This document shows positions 11,900-24,527 of a stretch of 30,330 nucleotides of DNA, in pieces. Position 1 is the stretch's first letter. Every line of letters begins with the position of its first letter. The DNA lies in assembly GCA_000182565.2 (NCBI GenBank), contig KQ257472.1. One strand, 5' to 3'. Below the pieces are notes generated by a model. It did not search any database. It had not been told where the DNA came from and saw only the letters and a program-made list of their open reading frames with translations. Source of the DNA: Spizellomyces punctatus DAOM BR117. Lineage: Eukaryota. Made by a program: the position numbers and the translations under genes.

Positions 11900-14800
11900 A
11901 TGGTCATGGCGATGACAGCGACGGCGGCTCCTCCTCTACTCCCGCAGTGGAGGTCAGAATCACCGGGACCGGATTGCGCAACACTCCGTCACCGCCTGGA
12001 AAAGCTGGGCTACAAGGAATATCTCCCACCAGATGCTGTCCCTTTGGTTAGAAAGTTACTTGCAGATTTGGTAGTGACGACCGAGACGTGCCGAAAGTCA
12101 AAGATAGAAACAGACAAGTGGAAGGCCGATGCGGCTGCAATCCAGGCTCAGGTAAGCTAAAGCGTGATTTAAACATCATGACGACTTTATTGGATCTCCA
12201 CAAGAAAGCTATGGATTTGTTGTGCTTTTGTACTTTCCAACCTTCCCGCGTTGTAATCGCATCACTTTATGACTTCCTAGGTGTCACCTTTACGGAGTGA
12301 GATATCTCGGCTCACAGCGGAGAATAATCACCTTCACCACGATATAGTACGATTGGCCGACGAGCGTGATGCCCGTGAGAAGCGAACAGCGCAAGCAGCG
12401 CGCCGTTTCGAGTCGCAAACAGCAGATCTGAGATTCGTGGCATCACAGTATGCGCACCGTGTCGAGGTCGAGCAACAGCGGGTGGAGGAAGCACGTGCGA
12501 AGACAGAAGAGGCACTCGCAAAGCTGGGGCTATTTGAGAAGGCGATTGCCGAAAGCAAGGTTAACGCAAAGAGCACTGGCAAAGGGAAAGGGGACGCAGC
12601 TGCGAGAGCGGAAAAGCTGTTTCAAAGACTGCAGAAGATTGATATTGAGACTGGCCTTGAGCCACTTCAAAATCCCCCGGTGCACTTTCCTCCCCCTGAT
12701 CCAATGATCGCGGATATGGTCAAGCTGGCGGAGGGTCGCATTGCAAATCTGGGAAAAGCCATGGACCTGCTATCCGCCAAAAACCTGGATCTGGAAAATG
12801 AGGTACTCATTTGTCATTTTACCCCTGGGATCAACCTCCACACCACTGACTCTGCATTTTACCAGCTCGACCTCATTCGAAAGAAACTTGAAAATCGAGA
12901 GCAAGAGATGGAGCGGCTTGGTGCTCAGCTCGAGATTGCACGTGCGCAGCAGTTTAGTACCGTCCCGCTGAGCAGCGGTACCCGGGAAGGAGGCGTAGAC
13001 GGGAAAGTGCAGAACATTCAGGATCTTAACGTTGCAAGACAGCGGATCGAGCAATTGGAGATGCAGTTAGAATATCTGCAGGAGCACGTGGAGGGACTTG
13101 AAAAAGAAATCAGTGCTCATGATGAAGAGAAACAGAATTTGTACGCTACTCTTGATGCAGAAAAGCAATCTCTCGCCCAACAATTAGCCCGTGAACGTGA
13201 CCGAACGAAAGGCTTAATGAATAGTGTGGACAAGCTTGAACGCATGGTTGAGCAAAACGATGTTATTCGAGAAAAAGGCATCCGACAGGACGCCAAGAAA
13301 AGACGGAGCATGAGCCCCGAAAAGCAGAAGCCCGAATCTGACTCTGCGGAGGAGACTTCTGGTGTGACGGCCAAGGCAAATGCAAATGAGGAGCGACGTC
13401 AGGTTAAGAGGTTACAAGATGAGGTCGAAGCCCTCAAAAACGAAAATGCGCGATTATCGGAATATATGCGAACTCGGCCACCAGAACAGGTTATACCGCC
13501 AGTTTCCGGGGACAGTACTCGACGTCAGGAAGAGCGGGATCCAAGTTTGCCTCAGCAAATCCAGAAGCTTAAGGACGAGAAAGCTTCGCTCACTATCCGA
13601 TTAAGGGAAACTGAAGCACAGAAGTGGGCTTTAGAGACCGATTTCAAATCGTTACAAGGACAGGTATATGGATATCCAATTCGCGCAAGAAACCTATATG
13701 CCATTGCTGATGTATTTACGGCAGATTGAGCATGCAAGTAAACTGGAAAGTGAACTGGTCTCTTTAAGAACTCGCGCGCAAGTGCTGCAGAGAGAGTTGG
13801 CCACTCAGCAAATTGAGTGCAATCAAACGACCAGGAACCTGGAAGTGGCCGAGAAGATAAAGGACGAGGTGAGCAGTAGCAAAGAATTCGGTTCTAATAC
13901 TTGACTTTTTTTTCGACAATCTGATGACCTTCGCATAACTAAATAGGCTCTAGCCAACCAAACGCGACTTGCAACTAGTCTGGATGCCGTACAGCGAGAG
14001 CGTGACGATTTAATTCTTGTGCTACAGAAATTCGAGATGCAACTGACTGATGTGCAAAGCTGCGTCGAGATCGTCACGGCTGATCGCGACAACATTGCGG
14101 CACTTTATACCCAGGTTGGCACTCTTCAGAGACGTTGCGAGTATCTTGTCACTTACGACTGGAACTCATCGGAACTTTGTAGGTCACAGAAGAATTACAC
14201 CTACTTCGCAGCAATCCCTCTCTCCAAGTGCCAAAGGGTCAGGTCCCTCCTCCACGACCAACTGCACCTCCCGAACCTTCTGCCCCAGTGCTATCACCCG
14301 AAACTGGAGAGCCGCAACGCACTGTAGACTTTGCGCAATGGACTGACAGTCAACAAAAAATACGTCAGCTTGAAGAAGAGGTGCAGCAGCTACAGCAAGA
14401 CCTTAAGGCCGCGGTGCATCGGCAACGAGAGATTGGCACTGGAGCTGATGATGTAGTACAGCATCTTCATGGGGAGTGTGAAAGGTGTGTGCCCATTCAT
14501 CGTTACTGCAGCAATTTCCGCGTGCTTTCGATTAATATGCATATGACTCTTAGCTTACGGGCTGCGCTGGCGATAAAGGAACGTGATAATGCGGAACTCC
14601 AAGACCGTTTGCGAACTGCTGAGAAGCTAGGGGAGAACATGCAGCTGGACGCGGAAGACCTTCGACGACGAGAAGAAGCTCTGCGTAGCCGGATTTCTGA
14701 AATGGAGGCAGAACGCGATCGCGGGGTAAGTTCTGCATCTCCCATATGGCGGCATCACGTCCTGCTCTCAGCGAAATATCGAGAAGATTTAACAAAGCTT

Positions 14801-17209
14801 TTATCCAAATTAGAGCTTCCAAGTACGAGATTTCCGCTCAAAGGTTACTGATCTCGAACTGCGGTTGTCGCGGGCGACAGCAGAATGCGAACGTTTCCGG
14901 AAAGAAATGGAAATGCAAGCCCGTCAGTTAGCGGAGCAGCGGCAACTTCTAGTGGAGGTTGACGGTGAAAGGGACAAAGACAGAGCTGAGATGGATCGAA
15001 AGTGTGAACGAATTGTCGAATTGGAGGGCATTGTCTCAAATCTGCAAAACGGAACGCTGGCTGCGGAACAAGATATTGGAAATCTTCGCGAACAGGTCGA
15101 TCTCCTGAACCATCACCTAAATGAGCGGGATGCAGAAGTCGGGGCGCTTAGAACAAAGGTTGAAAATTTAATAGGCGACCGCGATCGATGGGCGGCAGAA
15201 GCACAGCGCAACGGCGAAGAGGCGCGCAATGTGGGTATGGACCTCGCGGCGTTGACAAGAGAGAATCAAATGTTAAACGGAGAGCTAGCGGAGGTCGCGA
15301 GCGACCGAGAAAGACTACGAGCGGAACTAGCGGAGACTGAAAGACAAGTGCAGCTTCTTGACGAGCTTGTTCAGGCGAAGGATCAGGAGCGGGAACGCCT
15401 CTTTGCTGCATACAGAAAGCTTGTGGCTGAACATGAGCGGCTTGATGTGGGTGTGCGCCTGGCGGGAGAGGAGAGCAATAACATGAGAATGGAGGTCATC
15501 CTGAGGGACAAGAGAGTACAGCAACTACAAAAAGCTCTAGATGAAGCGGCTGGAGAGGTCACAAAGTATAAGATTGACTTGGCCGCGTTCGAAAAACAGT
15601 GCAATAATCTGTCAAGGTCACTGGCGACGGCAGAGCGGGCCATTCGCCATCTAGAGTCGGACAAGCAGCGCCTGCTCAGAGATATCGCGGCAGCCCGCGA
15701 TTTAGCCCTTTCCCTTGAGCGTCATAAGGAAGAGCTGCAAAAGCAGCTTACCAGTGTGACGCTAGAGTGCGAGCGCATGCAGGCGTTAATAAAGAAGCTG
15801 GAAACAGATCGTGAAGCAACAGGGGCACAGATCCGCGCGGAAAGGTTGAAATCGGAGCGGCTAGAACATCTTGTCGCCATGGAGAGAACCCGTCAGTTTC
15901 AGACAGAAAAGGCTGCCAAAGATTATCAGGAATCAAAGGGGACGCTGGAGGATCAATTGCAACAGGTCAATCAGCAGCAAGCGCTGTCGCTACAGGCAAT
16001 GAGCAGTGACATGAAGGAAGCTCAAGCAGCGCGCGACAGTCTCAAGAAGCAGATATCCCAATTAGAGGGTGACTTGGCACGCACAAGAGAAGGTATGTCA
16101 CCCGTTGCCCTCACTCATTCACCAGTCGCAGACCCAACGTACTGACTCATCTGCTTCATAGCGCTTTCACAATCCGAAGACCGCTGTCATAAACTATCTT
16201 TGGAGGTCGCTGAATTAAAGGAACAAGTGGCGAATAAACAGATGGTGATGGAAGATCTCATGCGCGTGCATGAGGTACGTCGGCAAACCTCCTTTGGGCA
16301 CCATGTGCAAATTGAACTAAAGATTCAATACATACAGGCAAGTGAACCGGGCGGAGTGCGAGGCAAGAGTGATCTAGAAAGAAGGATCATGACTGAATTG
16401 GAGAACACAAAGCGACAGCTGAAGAAATATGAGGTACAGCGCCTGCACAATCACAAAGACTGTAAGATAGTAAGGGTCATTAAATCCGGTATTTAATAGG
16501 CACAAATCGCCCAACGTTTCCGCACCCCAGAAAAGATTTCTCCGGTCAGTGCGAAGACTTCTGATAATGACCCTGGTCTAGAACAATCTCCACACCCGCG
16601 TGGTATCTCATTGCCATCAGGGAATGACGCGGAAGCTGGGAGTAGTTCCCCCAATTCTCGCTCCGAAGGCAGCGCCTTGGACGACTCTACGGAAGAGGAT
16701 CCTGTGGTTGAAGGTAATTAAATTGCCGGATAGTTGTCGGTGGGCATTGCGCATGACCCGTTGATATTTGCTACCAGAAATGCTTGCCAAATTCGAGGCC
16801 GAGCGGCGCCACACAGGCAAGAGGAGTATCAGCCCCGGCAAGAGTTCCTCGCCTACCCCATCAGAAGCGCGGAAAAGTCCCTTGGTCTCCAGCGGCAAGC
16901 ATTCATCCAATTTGTCAACACCAGCGTCAACTACGAGCACGACCCCAACGTCAGCTGCAAAGAGTGTCGTCTCCCCGAGGCATAGGACACCTCCGCCACC
17001 CATATCGAGAAGCGGGACAACTTCACCTGCACGAGATGAAGAGCGCCAGAAACGTTTGGACGAGAGCCGAAGGTTATTGGAGACAATTGTACAGGTATGA
17101 TCAACCAGAAGCAAGAATAGTCGTGTATTTTGATTTGGTATCGACTCAACATACTGGATGACCATTCCAGGTTAAGGATGCATTACAAAGTCCTGGGAGT
17201 GGAAGATAG
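11900..17209 (+). CDS. CEP135: Centriolar/basal-body coiled-coil protein CEP135/Bld10 orthologue (multi-exon)
   Basis: The N-terminus LRHRLEKLGYKEYLPPDAVPLVRKLLADLVVTTETCRK...PLRSEISRLTAENNHLH matches the conserved CEP135 N-terminal signature (LR.RLD.LGY......PLVEKL..DLV.TTE...PY..EN.RL..ENN.LH). Long coiled-coil exons follow (12281-13729, 14865-16145), then an S/T/P-rich tail. Probable last exon 17171-17209 (VKDALQSPGSGR*); if that intron is not spliced the stop is at 17100. The start is one of the ATGs at 11900, 11906 or 11912. Confidence 0.88.
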
Positions 17210-17399
17210 GGTGAATTGGAAATTGTATAGTTATTTGCGCTGTTGGCCGTTTGTTTATATAATTTATATCTCTTGGTCAAATAATGGAAACCAAACCAAG
17301 AAAAGGGCTACTGATATTATGCGACCATCGTGATCGAATGAAGTCGAAAATGAAACCAAACTGCAAACTGCGATGAGCCATGCGAATCATGAACCTCAG

Positions 17400-19595
17400 T
17401 TAAAATTTCTTCCCAACACGACTGCTCTTCATCGACACCGTCTTGCGCAATCCCTTAAACTTTCTAGCCTCATTTCTACTCATCCGGTTTCTATCCCTAG
17501 TTCCTTTTCCACCTTCCCAAAATCCACTACCGGCATTCTTCACGGTCTCCTTGCCGCATTTACAGACACCCTCTTTGGTATACGGCTGCTCGCGCGAACA
17601 GAATCCGCACACCATACGGGTAGCCCAAGCCATTTCGTGCTTATCGGCTTTCCCTTCTTCGTGACAAATATCGCATGGATAAACTTTGCTGCAGCAAGGA
17701 AAGCGAAACCACCGATAAGATTTCTTGTAGTGAGAGCATGTACCGTTTTTGGGGAGCGGGGTGTTTGGGATAAAGATCTGGGCTGGGTCCTTTGCGGCCG
17801 TTTTGATCCTATTGGATTTCTTGGGAGGTAGCGATGCGTTTCCTAGCGTAAGAAACTTTACTTGGTCAACCTGCAGCGTCATTTTTGTGTGGCATGTCGT
17901 GCACGACATTGTAGTCGGATGGTTCCGAACAAGAGCTTTAAACCCGTGGCCGTTTGGTTGTGGACGGGCGCATGAGTCGCAGGTTGCGATATAATTCGAA
18001 GGGAGAAGGTCAAAAGGGATGCACATGTCCAGGTCAATGTACCCGATGGACAGTGATCCTGGATGGAGCATTTCAGATCGATATAAAAGTCCGAGAGTCG
18101 TCTTGCATTGTGGACAAGGAGTGTAGCGCGGTGTAGTAGTGAGGTTATGGACGTCGACTGACGTTTTGCAGCGAGTACAGCGGACTGCAATGTTGAGGGA
18201 TGTACATTCGAGAAGGGAGATGCTGGTAAGATGGATGTCGGGAAAGCGGATTTGTGTTCCTCTGTGACTTGACGGTGGTGGTGGTGTCGGTATTGCGGAG
18301 AGATAGGTGGATATTTTCTCGCTTAGATCAATAGAATCTCCGGGATATGATTGGTCCGGGTCGTTTTGCAACTGCCCGGCGTCAGTTCCTTCCTCTTCTG
18401 GCACTCTACTGCCGATATGCCGACGATCACGCTGACTTTCTTCATCCTCGTCGGATCCCCCCGCGGAAGAGGGGCTACTGGTTGATGCGTCGTCGTCCCC
18501 GACACGTTGTCCGTAATATCCATCTCCCGGCCCCGCCGATGGTACATCCTCAGCAAAGGTCACCGTCCCGTTGGTTAAACCAGAAGCAATCCTCTCTCGT
18601 CCTTCGTTTCTCACGAATACTATCCTGCCTGTAGGTTCATCGGGCATTACCAACAGCTGTTCCAGGTTCCTGTCCAACCAGTTAATCATCTGCAGTAAAC
18701 GTATCCTCGAGGCTGTAGCCTTTCTCATCCACGCCTTCTCAACGTTACGGCGTAAGGGGAATGGGATCTCAGGATTGATGACAGTTATGTGCGATGGGGT
18801 AGTCGGATACGTCGCGGGAATTCCAATGTGTAATAGGAGAATAGCTAAATCAAATGGGAAATCTGGATCGGTGGGAACCATGCCAATTTGAACAATGGTT
18901 TCCTGCGCTGTCTCTGATATGATATGGTATCCAGCCTCCCGAAATCGGCGCTCAAGCTGGTGTAAGTCCACCTGACGAGTGAGGTGGGCTTTGTCGACTG
19001 GGTCCGATGTTTCATTTAGCCGTGCTTCGAGGTCTTTCGGGGTCGGTCTTGCAACTGCAGGTGGAGGTTTTGCATTCTTTTTAGCAGAGGTATTCTTCGA
19101 GTTCAAAGTTTGAGACGCAGCAGGGTTGCTCCGATCGCCTTCCTTGGGAGAGGCTGTATTCACGACAGGTGCTTTTTTTGGAGTGGTTTTGGAAATTGGC
19201 TTTCTCTGCCTTCTCCTATTTTTCGCAATTTTCAATGTTGCAGATCTCGCTTCCGATAATGCACCTGTTTGTGACACTGGTTGAGGTTCAATTTGACTGT
19301 TCCCATCATGTGTGCTTATGTCGTGGTGGTTGATTGCGGTGATTGGAGATGGTTCCTGGTCGTGGCTATTTCTTTTTATTTCACGCGGGCGTCGTGTACT
19401 CTTACTCTTTCTCTCGCTCTGAACTGTGCCCTGCTTTTGCTCGACCGTCACATGCAAGAATTTGCAGTTCTCCCCAGTACGGCAGCCACCAGAAGATTTA
19501 AAGAAACGACACTTTGGTACAGTACGAGGACGAAGTGTAGGCGCAGGGCTATACTGGGGTAGCTGGGGAACAGTAGATATTTGGTCGGTGGACAT
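17400..19595 (-). CDS. CCCH zinc finger + RWD-like region + Cys-rich region + CHY zinc finger protein (intronless)
   Basis: CRFFKSSGGCRTGENCKFLH (CCCH); PTDPDFPFDL...IPATYP (RWD/UBC-like); several CxxC pairs; GTCSHYKKSYRWFRFPCCSKVYPCDICHEE...MVCGFCSREQ (CHY); basic C-terminus GFWEGGKGTRDRNRMSR. The probable start is MSTDQ at 19595, although the ORF stays open to 19775. Confidence 0.85.
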   Translation of the reverse strand: MSTDQISTVPQLPQYSPAPTLRPRTVPKCRFFKSSGGCRTGENCKFLHVTVEQKQGTVQSERKSKSTRRPREIKRNSHDQEPSPITAINHHDISTHDGNSQIEPQPVSQTGALSEARSATLKIAKNRRRQRKPISKTTPKKAPVVNTASPKEGDRSNPAASQTLNSKNTSAKKNAKPPPAVARPTPKDLEARLNETSDPVDKAHLTRQVDLHQLERRFREAGYHIISETAQETIVQIGMVPTDPDFPFDLAILLLHIGIPATYPTTPSHITVINPEIPFPLRRNVEKAWMRKATASRIRLLQMINWLDRNLEQLLVMPDEPTGRIVFVRNEGRERIASGLTNGTVTFAEDVPSAGPGDGYYGQRVGDDDASTSSPSSAGGSDEDEESQRDRRHIGSRVPEEEGTDAGQLQNDPDQSYPGDSIDLSEKISTYLSAIPTPPPPSSHRGTQIRFPDIHLTSISLLECTSLNIAVRCTRCKTSVDVHNLTTTPRYTPCPQCKTTLGLLYRSEMLHPGSLSIGYIDLDMCIPFDLLPSNYIATCDSCARPQPNGHGFKALVRNHPTTMSCTTCHTKMTLQVDQVKFLTLGNASLPPKKSNRIKTAAKDPAQIFIPNTPLPKNGTCSHYKKSYRWFRFPCCSKVYPCDICHEEGKADKHEMAWATRMVCGFCSREQPYTKEGVCKCGKETVKNAGSGFWEGGKGTRDRNRMSRNEARKFKGLRKTVSMKSSRVGKKF

Positions 19596-19836
19596 GCCGT
19601 TGGTGTTGGCTGCAAGGAACAAGGTTGGAATGTTTTGGGGACGAAGTGTTCTCGGTTGGGTTTTAAAATGGTGATGACATACAAGGGTGGGACAGCCATG
19701 GCAGACTGCAACATGACTGTCCCACCGAGGACTTGTTTGCATTTCTGACATTCCGTTTAACGATGTTGATATCATTTAAACATCCAAAAAGCTTTTTTGA
19801 TAAACTGCTTGAAAGTCGATAATTTATTCTTTGATT

Positions 19837-20292
19837 TCACAATTTTGGTACAAGGAGTAACAGTTCATCCTCACTAATGCCATCTGCATTTCCAGTACCA
19901 AGACCTTCGTTTTCGAACTCTTCATCGATAATCTTGGTTACGTCGACAAGGGCTTTAGCACCCACCAAGTCCGCAATGAAAATAAGCGAGCGGATAACAT
20001 CATCGGGTATGTTAGGCTGGGCTTGCTTGGATCTGGCCCATATTTTATCCACGACTGCATGTGGGATGCCAACTGAAAATCCTGCCGAGAATAGTGAAGG
20101 TGCCACTGCAGCTCCTGCAGATGTCGTGTTTGCAGCTCCTGCCATTGCTTCCGCTGTAAAGAATAAGCATTCCGTCAATATCAGCTCTTTTTGGATAAAT
20201 ATATGGACCAACTAACCTGCTGGCCACTGTGGTGTTGGCCCATCTCCGACAGAGGTGATTCTTGTCCCATCATTCATTCCGTTCTCTTCCAT
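19837..20292 (-). CDS. Small (130 aa) hypothetical protein with a possible histone-fold (CENP-X/MHF2- or TAF10-like) C-terminal half
   Basis: Exon 20292-20217, intron GTTAGT..CTTTACAG, exon 20153-19837: 393 nt in frame, with AATAAA shortly after the stop. The fold assignment rests on a visual helix pattern only. Confidence 0.6.
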
Positions 20293-22208
20293 GGTGAATA
20301 GTGGAGAAACCAACCTGGAAGACCGAGAGCCTTTCACGTAATGAACATTCATGAAGTTACACGTGATTCAGGCAATTGATTTCACAGCCACCCACATGTT
20401 CACTAGTTTACACAAGATTTCTTCAAACAGACTGCCCAATCACTTATGGGACATTAATGAACGCATAGCCCGCGGCTTGGTTGAAAATATACTACGAGAT
20501 CATTGCATCTGTTGATCTTAGCAGTAAGGCTCTTGTTTGTGAACATCAAGCACCCAAAACAATTTTCGGGTGGTCTATATGTCAGTGAAAAGCAAATGAA
20601 ATAGCGAATCTTTGGGCATCAGCATAGAAATTACAGAAAGGAAAGACTACAAAAGAAATATACCCAAAGCAATTCCCCAAGTTGAGCTTGAACTGGCAAA
20701 AGCTTCGAGAAAACACAGATACCGATTTTGCTGACAGCCTGGTAGTTCATCCTTTGTACAGTCTGCATGCCGATAATAGAATGATTGCTAATCCATTGCC
20801 AGGTTACCGGGCAAACATAGCTCGAGATGTTTCAATCTTCCATTCACTAGACTATACTCGGTACTTGATAGGCGGTGGAGGTGAAAAGTCTGCATAATGG
20901 TGGAAACCCTCATCTGATAATGCGTTTGAGAGTCCGTCCGCCACCGTTGGATACACCTCCTGACCAAACTTATCGAACGCACTGGAGACCGTGATAATAG
21001 ATTTTCTCTGGTGGCTTGCGAAACTGAATTCCAGTTGGGTTGACTGAACTTGGCATGCCAAGGGCCTAGGTTCCTGGTGCTCCACTGCTTTTGCCCGACG
21101 CTATCGCTACCGGTTCCACCTCAGCTGGGACGACTCGAAAGAGAGGATGTTATGACGATCAAATCTTTTTCAGCAAATGTCACAACGTCTGAATTTACGA
21201 CCAGTAGTTTACTATGGCCATGTAGTGCTTCGAATGGATGCCGCTCAGTGGTTGGTGCCGTACGTTGCTCAAGATCCATTGGTAAGTGTAAAGTATGAGG
21301 TGTGCAATGTCCAGTTGAAAACATGCCGCGGTGATCGGAAGACTAATTGGCTTCAGACATTATGTCAGGTTCATCTATTTAGCACCCAGCAACCCTGACC
21401 GTACGTCTAAGACTACGCAAGATTTTGCTTTGTCGATACGCTTTGTGAAACTTGAGCTATCCGCAGAAACAACATGTCGGAGATTGATGCCTTATCCATG
21501 TACGAGTTACGATTTATTTATATCATCACAGGTGTGACCGATGTCGACAACATCCGTCACATTCTCTCTACCGATGATTGCTTCTTCGTATGTTTCAATT
21601 CACGCGAAAGCAGTACCTGAGAGTGGGCAACTTGATGCTGATGCTTGGATGAACCAATAAAGGAAGCCCCAAAGCAACTAACAGTATTTTCGTGAGCAGG
21701 GATAACCAATGACTCGCTTGCTATTCCACATTGGCAAAATTACATTACCCCCTGTGAAACAAAATCGCTTAAGTCAAAAGGAAATTGATGCTAGAGCCGT
21801 GTATTGACCTCATTATCTGAATGGCCTATTGACTGTCAAGATTGTGCATTAAGCAAAGACAGTCGCATGCCAGCGGCACTAACCCTATACAGTGACATTT
21901 AAACCTTGCGGCCGACTGCCAGTGCTCAGTCAACCAGGGGTTCCTCTGCTTGTCTCTGGTTGTACATTCAACATTCAAGCATTGTGACTGCATCTAAATC
22001 CAAGTAGGATGCAGGGATATTGAGGGTAGAGCGAGGATGACGACGGCCTGGCTTAACCTTAAAATTAGTTTGATGACTTAAACCAAGAGACAGCCGCCCA
22101 ATGCGCAGATTCACGAATACCTTATTAGGCATCTAATCGCCACAAGAATCCGACCGGTGAGTCATCTCTTCCCGTCATCGTTTTGGTTTGGCTCTGGGAT
22201 CGCAAACG

Positions 22209-24527
22209 ATGGCAACGATAAAGACAAATGGCAAGTATCTATGACGCACTTTGGGCCATTCACCTAGCAGCCCATGCCGAGTTTTTGCCTGAATTATCCT
22301 CTGACAAAGTTGGATATCAACAGGTAGCGACGAACACATCGCTGTGTCCCGCTTTAGGGAGTTTCTCAGAATAAAAACTGTACAGCCGAAACCTGACTAT
22401 GAAGGGTGTACCGCCTTTCTAAGTAGTATGGCCAAGGAGCTGGGCCTGGACTTCCACACTGTTGAGGTAGGTCGGTCTTTTATAGCCGTATCGGCGCTGG
22501 CGTACGCGCACGCTTTTGGAAGGACGGCTACTGAAATTGTCTTTGACCGCAGTGTGTCAAAGGGAAGCCCACTTGCATATTCACATGGGTCGGAACAGAT
22601 CCCTCGCTACCTTCTCTCATGCTCAACTGCCATTCGGACGTAGTACCGGTTAGCGAGGTAAGTAGCGTCGCGTGAATGGCGATCTGACCCGATGAATCTC
22701 ATCCGTGGAATGCAGGATAAGTGGACTCACGACCCATTTGCAGCCGACAAGCTAGAGAATGGAGATATAATTGCGCGAGGGTATACCACTTGATCCCCGT
22801 ACGCCTAACAAACTTCAATGACTGAGCGTGTTTGCGCTTCCCAGTGCCCAGGACATGAAATGTGTGGGCATACAATATCTTGAAGCGATAAGGATACTGA
22901 AGCACCAGAACAAGCGTCCTCTCCGCACAGGTATCGGCCAGGTCCTTGTGAAGCTAATATTATCTGTGTTGATGAATCCATGTCTCTGCTCCATTTTTCC
23001 ATCTCAGTCCACGTCACGTTTGTCCCCGGTAATTTTCACATCCAATGAGACTGGTCACTTCATGGAAATGCAGTACATGATCTCATGAATTGTGCTGCGA
23101 CTGTACAGATGAAGAGATTGGCGGCATCGAGGGAATGAAACTGTTCGTGAAAACCGACGAGTTTAAAAAGTTGAATGTTGGTTTCGCGTTAGACGAAGGT
23201 GAGGGAGGATGCAAGGTGCATTATCAACCGGCTTTAACGCATGCCATTCACAGGGCTGGCCAATCCGGGAAACGCATATAAACTCTTTTATGGAGAGAGG
23301 GCACCATGGTGGTTAACACTCAAGGCAAAGGTACTCCGATGACGGTTTATTTTAATACGCATCCCCTCGGTTAGTAACAATGGCGAACGTTAAAGGGCGG
23401 CGCGGGTCATGGAAGCCAGTTTATTGAGCCGTCCGCTACGCTCCGCCTGGTAAGCGCAAAAGATATCGTTTGCGTGTACCATCTCGTTCTGATCAGTACC
23501 CATAGTTGAAGGTGCTTAACAAGTTCATTGCGTTCCGCGAAGCTGAGAATATAAGGCTGCGGTACGGAAGGAAAGAAAATGGCGAGGGATACAAGCTCGG
23601 GGATGTGACCACGACGAATATTACAATATTAAAGGTATCCAGCAAATGCATCGTTGTTCGACATTTGCACCATCCCTTCTTCATGGTGTTTACGTCACGC
23701 ATTTACAGGCCGGCGTCCAGGTATAATATTATTTGGGTTGCATTTTAGGCATCCTATGGTGACCTTTTTTATCTTGGTTTTGGCGCCTCTCAGCATAACG
23801 TTGTACCAGAAGCAGCGCAAGCAGGTAGAACATTTGTACAGTGGTGTCTCAGCTAGCAATTCTTAATGTTTGAAATAGGCATCGACATCCGCATTGCTAC
23901 GACCGTTGATTTGCACGCATTCAAGCGACAGATCGAGGAATGGTGCTCGGAGGATGGGTACGCCTTTATCGCTAATTGTCCAGCATTTATGCATTTTTCC
24001 ATAACTGCTTCGACTAGGATTGAGATCGAATGGGTCAACACATTTTGGAGCAATGCGTGTACTCTGACGGACGACACGAATGTATGGTGGCGAATTGTAA
24101 AGGGCGTCGCAGATAAGAGGTTGTGAATGTCTTCTTCGCGTAATCCACCGGGCGTCCACCGGCGGAGAATGATACTCACCTGTCCTCACAAATGACAGAA
24201 ATATAAAACTCGAACCCGAGATTTTCCCTGCAGCGACCGGTATGTTGAAAGACACAGAGGCTTGAATTTCCGTGAGGGTTTACATTTAGCGATTCCACAG
24301 ACTCACGCTACATTCGGGAAGTCGGCATTCCTGCATTTGGAATCTCACCAATGCGTAACACTCCAGTGCTACTGTAAGCAACCAAATCGTTATTTTTTCT
24401 GCCTACCGCTAACACGTGTGTTATGGATAGTCATGATCATGATGAGTATCTCAATGAGAAGGTCTTCCTTGAGGGGGTGGAATTTTACGTCGATCTTATT
24501 GAAGCTTACTGGAATGTTCGCGGATAG
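22209..24527 (+). CDS. ACY1: Aminoacylase-1 (peptidase M20A, N-acyl-L-amino-acid amidohydrolase), about 17 exons
   Basis: Spliced motifs: [119 protein letters not shown]. Stop TAG at 24525-24527. The start is ATG 22209 (GC donor) or ATG 22228 (GT donor). Confidence 0.93.

Noticed and set aside
12312-17165. Minus-strand ORFs overlapping CEP135, and similar antisense ORFs over the other long genes
   Set aside because: Shadow ORFs of the real coding strand.
20682-21537. Cluster of short ORFs on both strands (e.g. 20852-21085)
   Set aside because: I could not build a coherent spliced gene or recognise a domain; a degenerate gene cannot be excluded.
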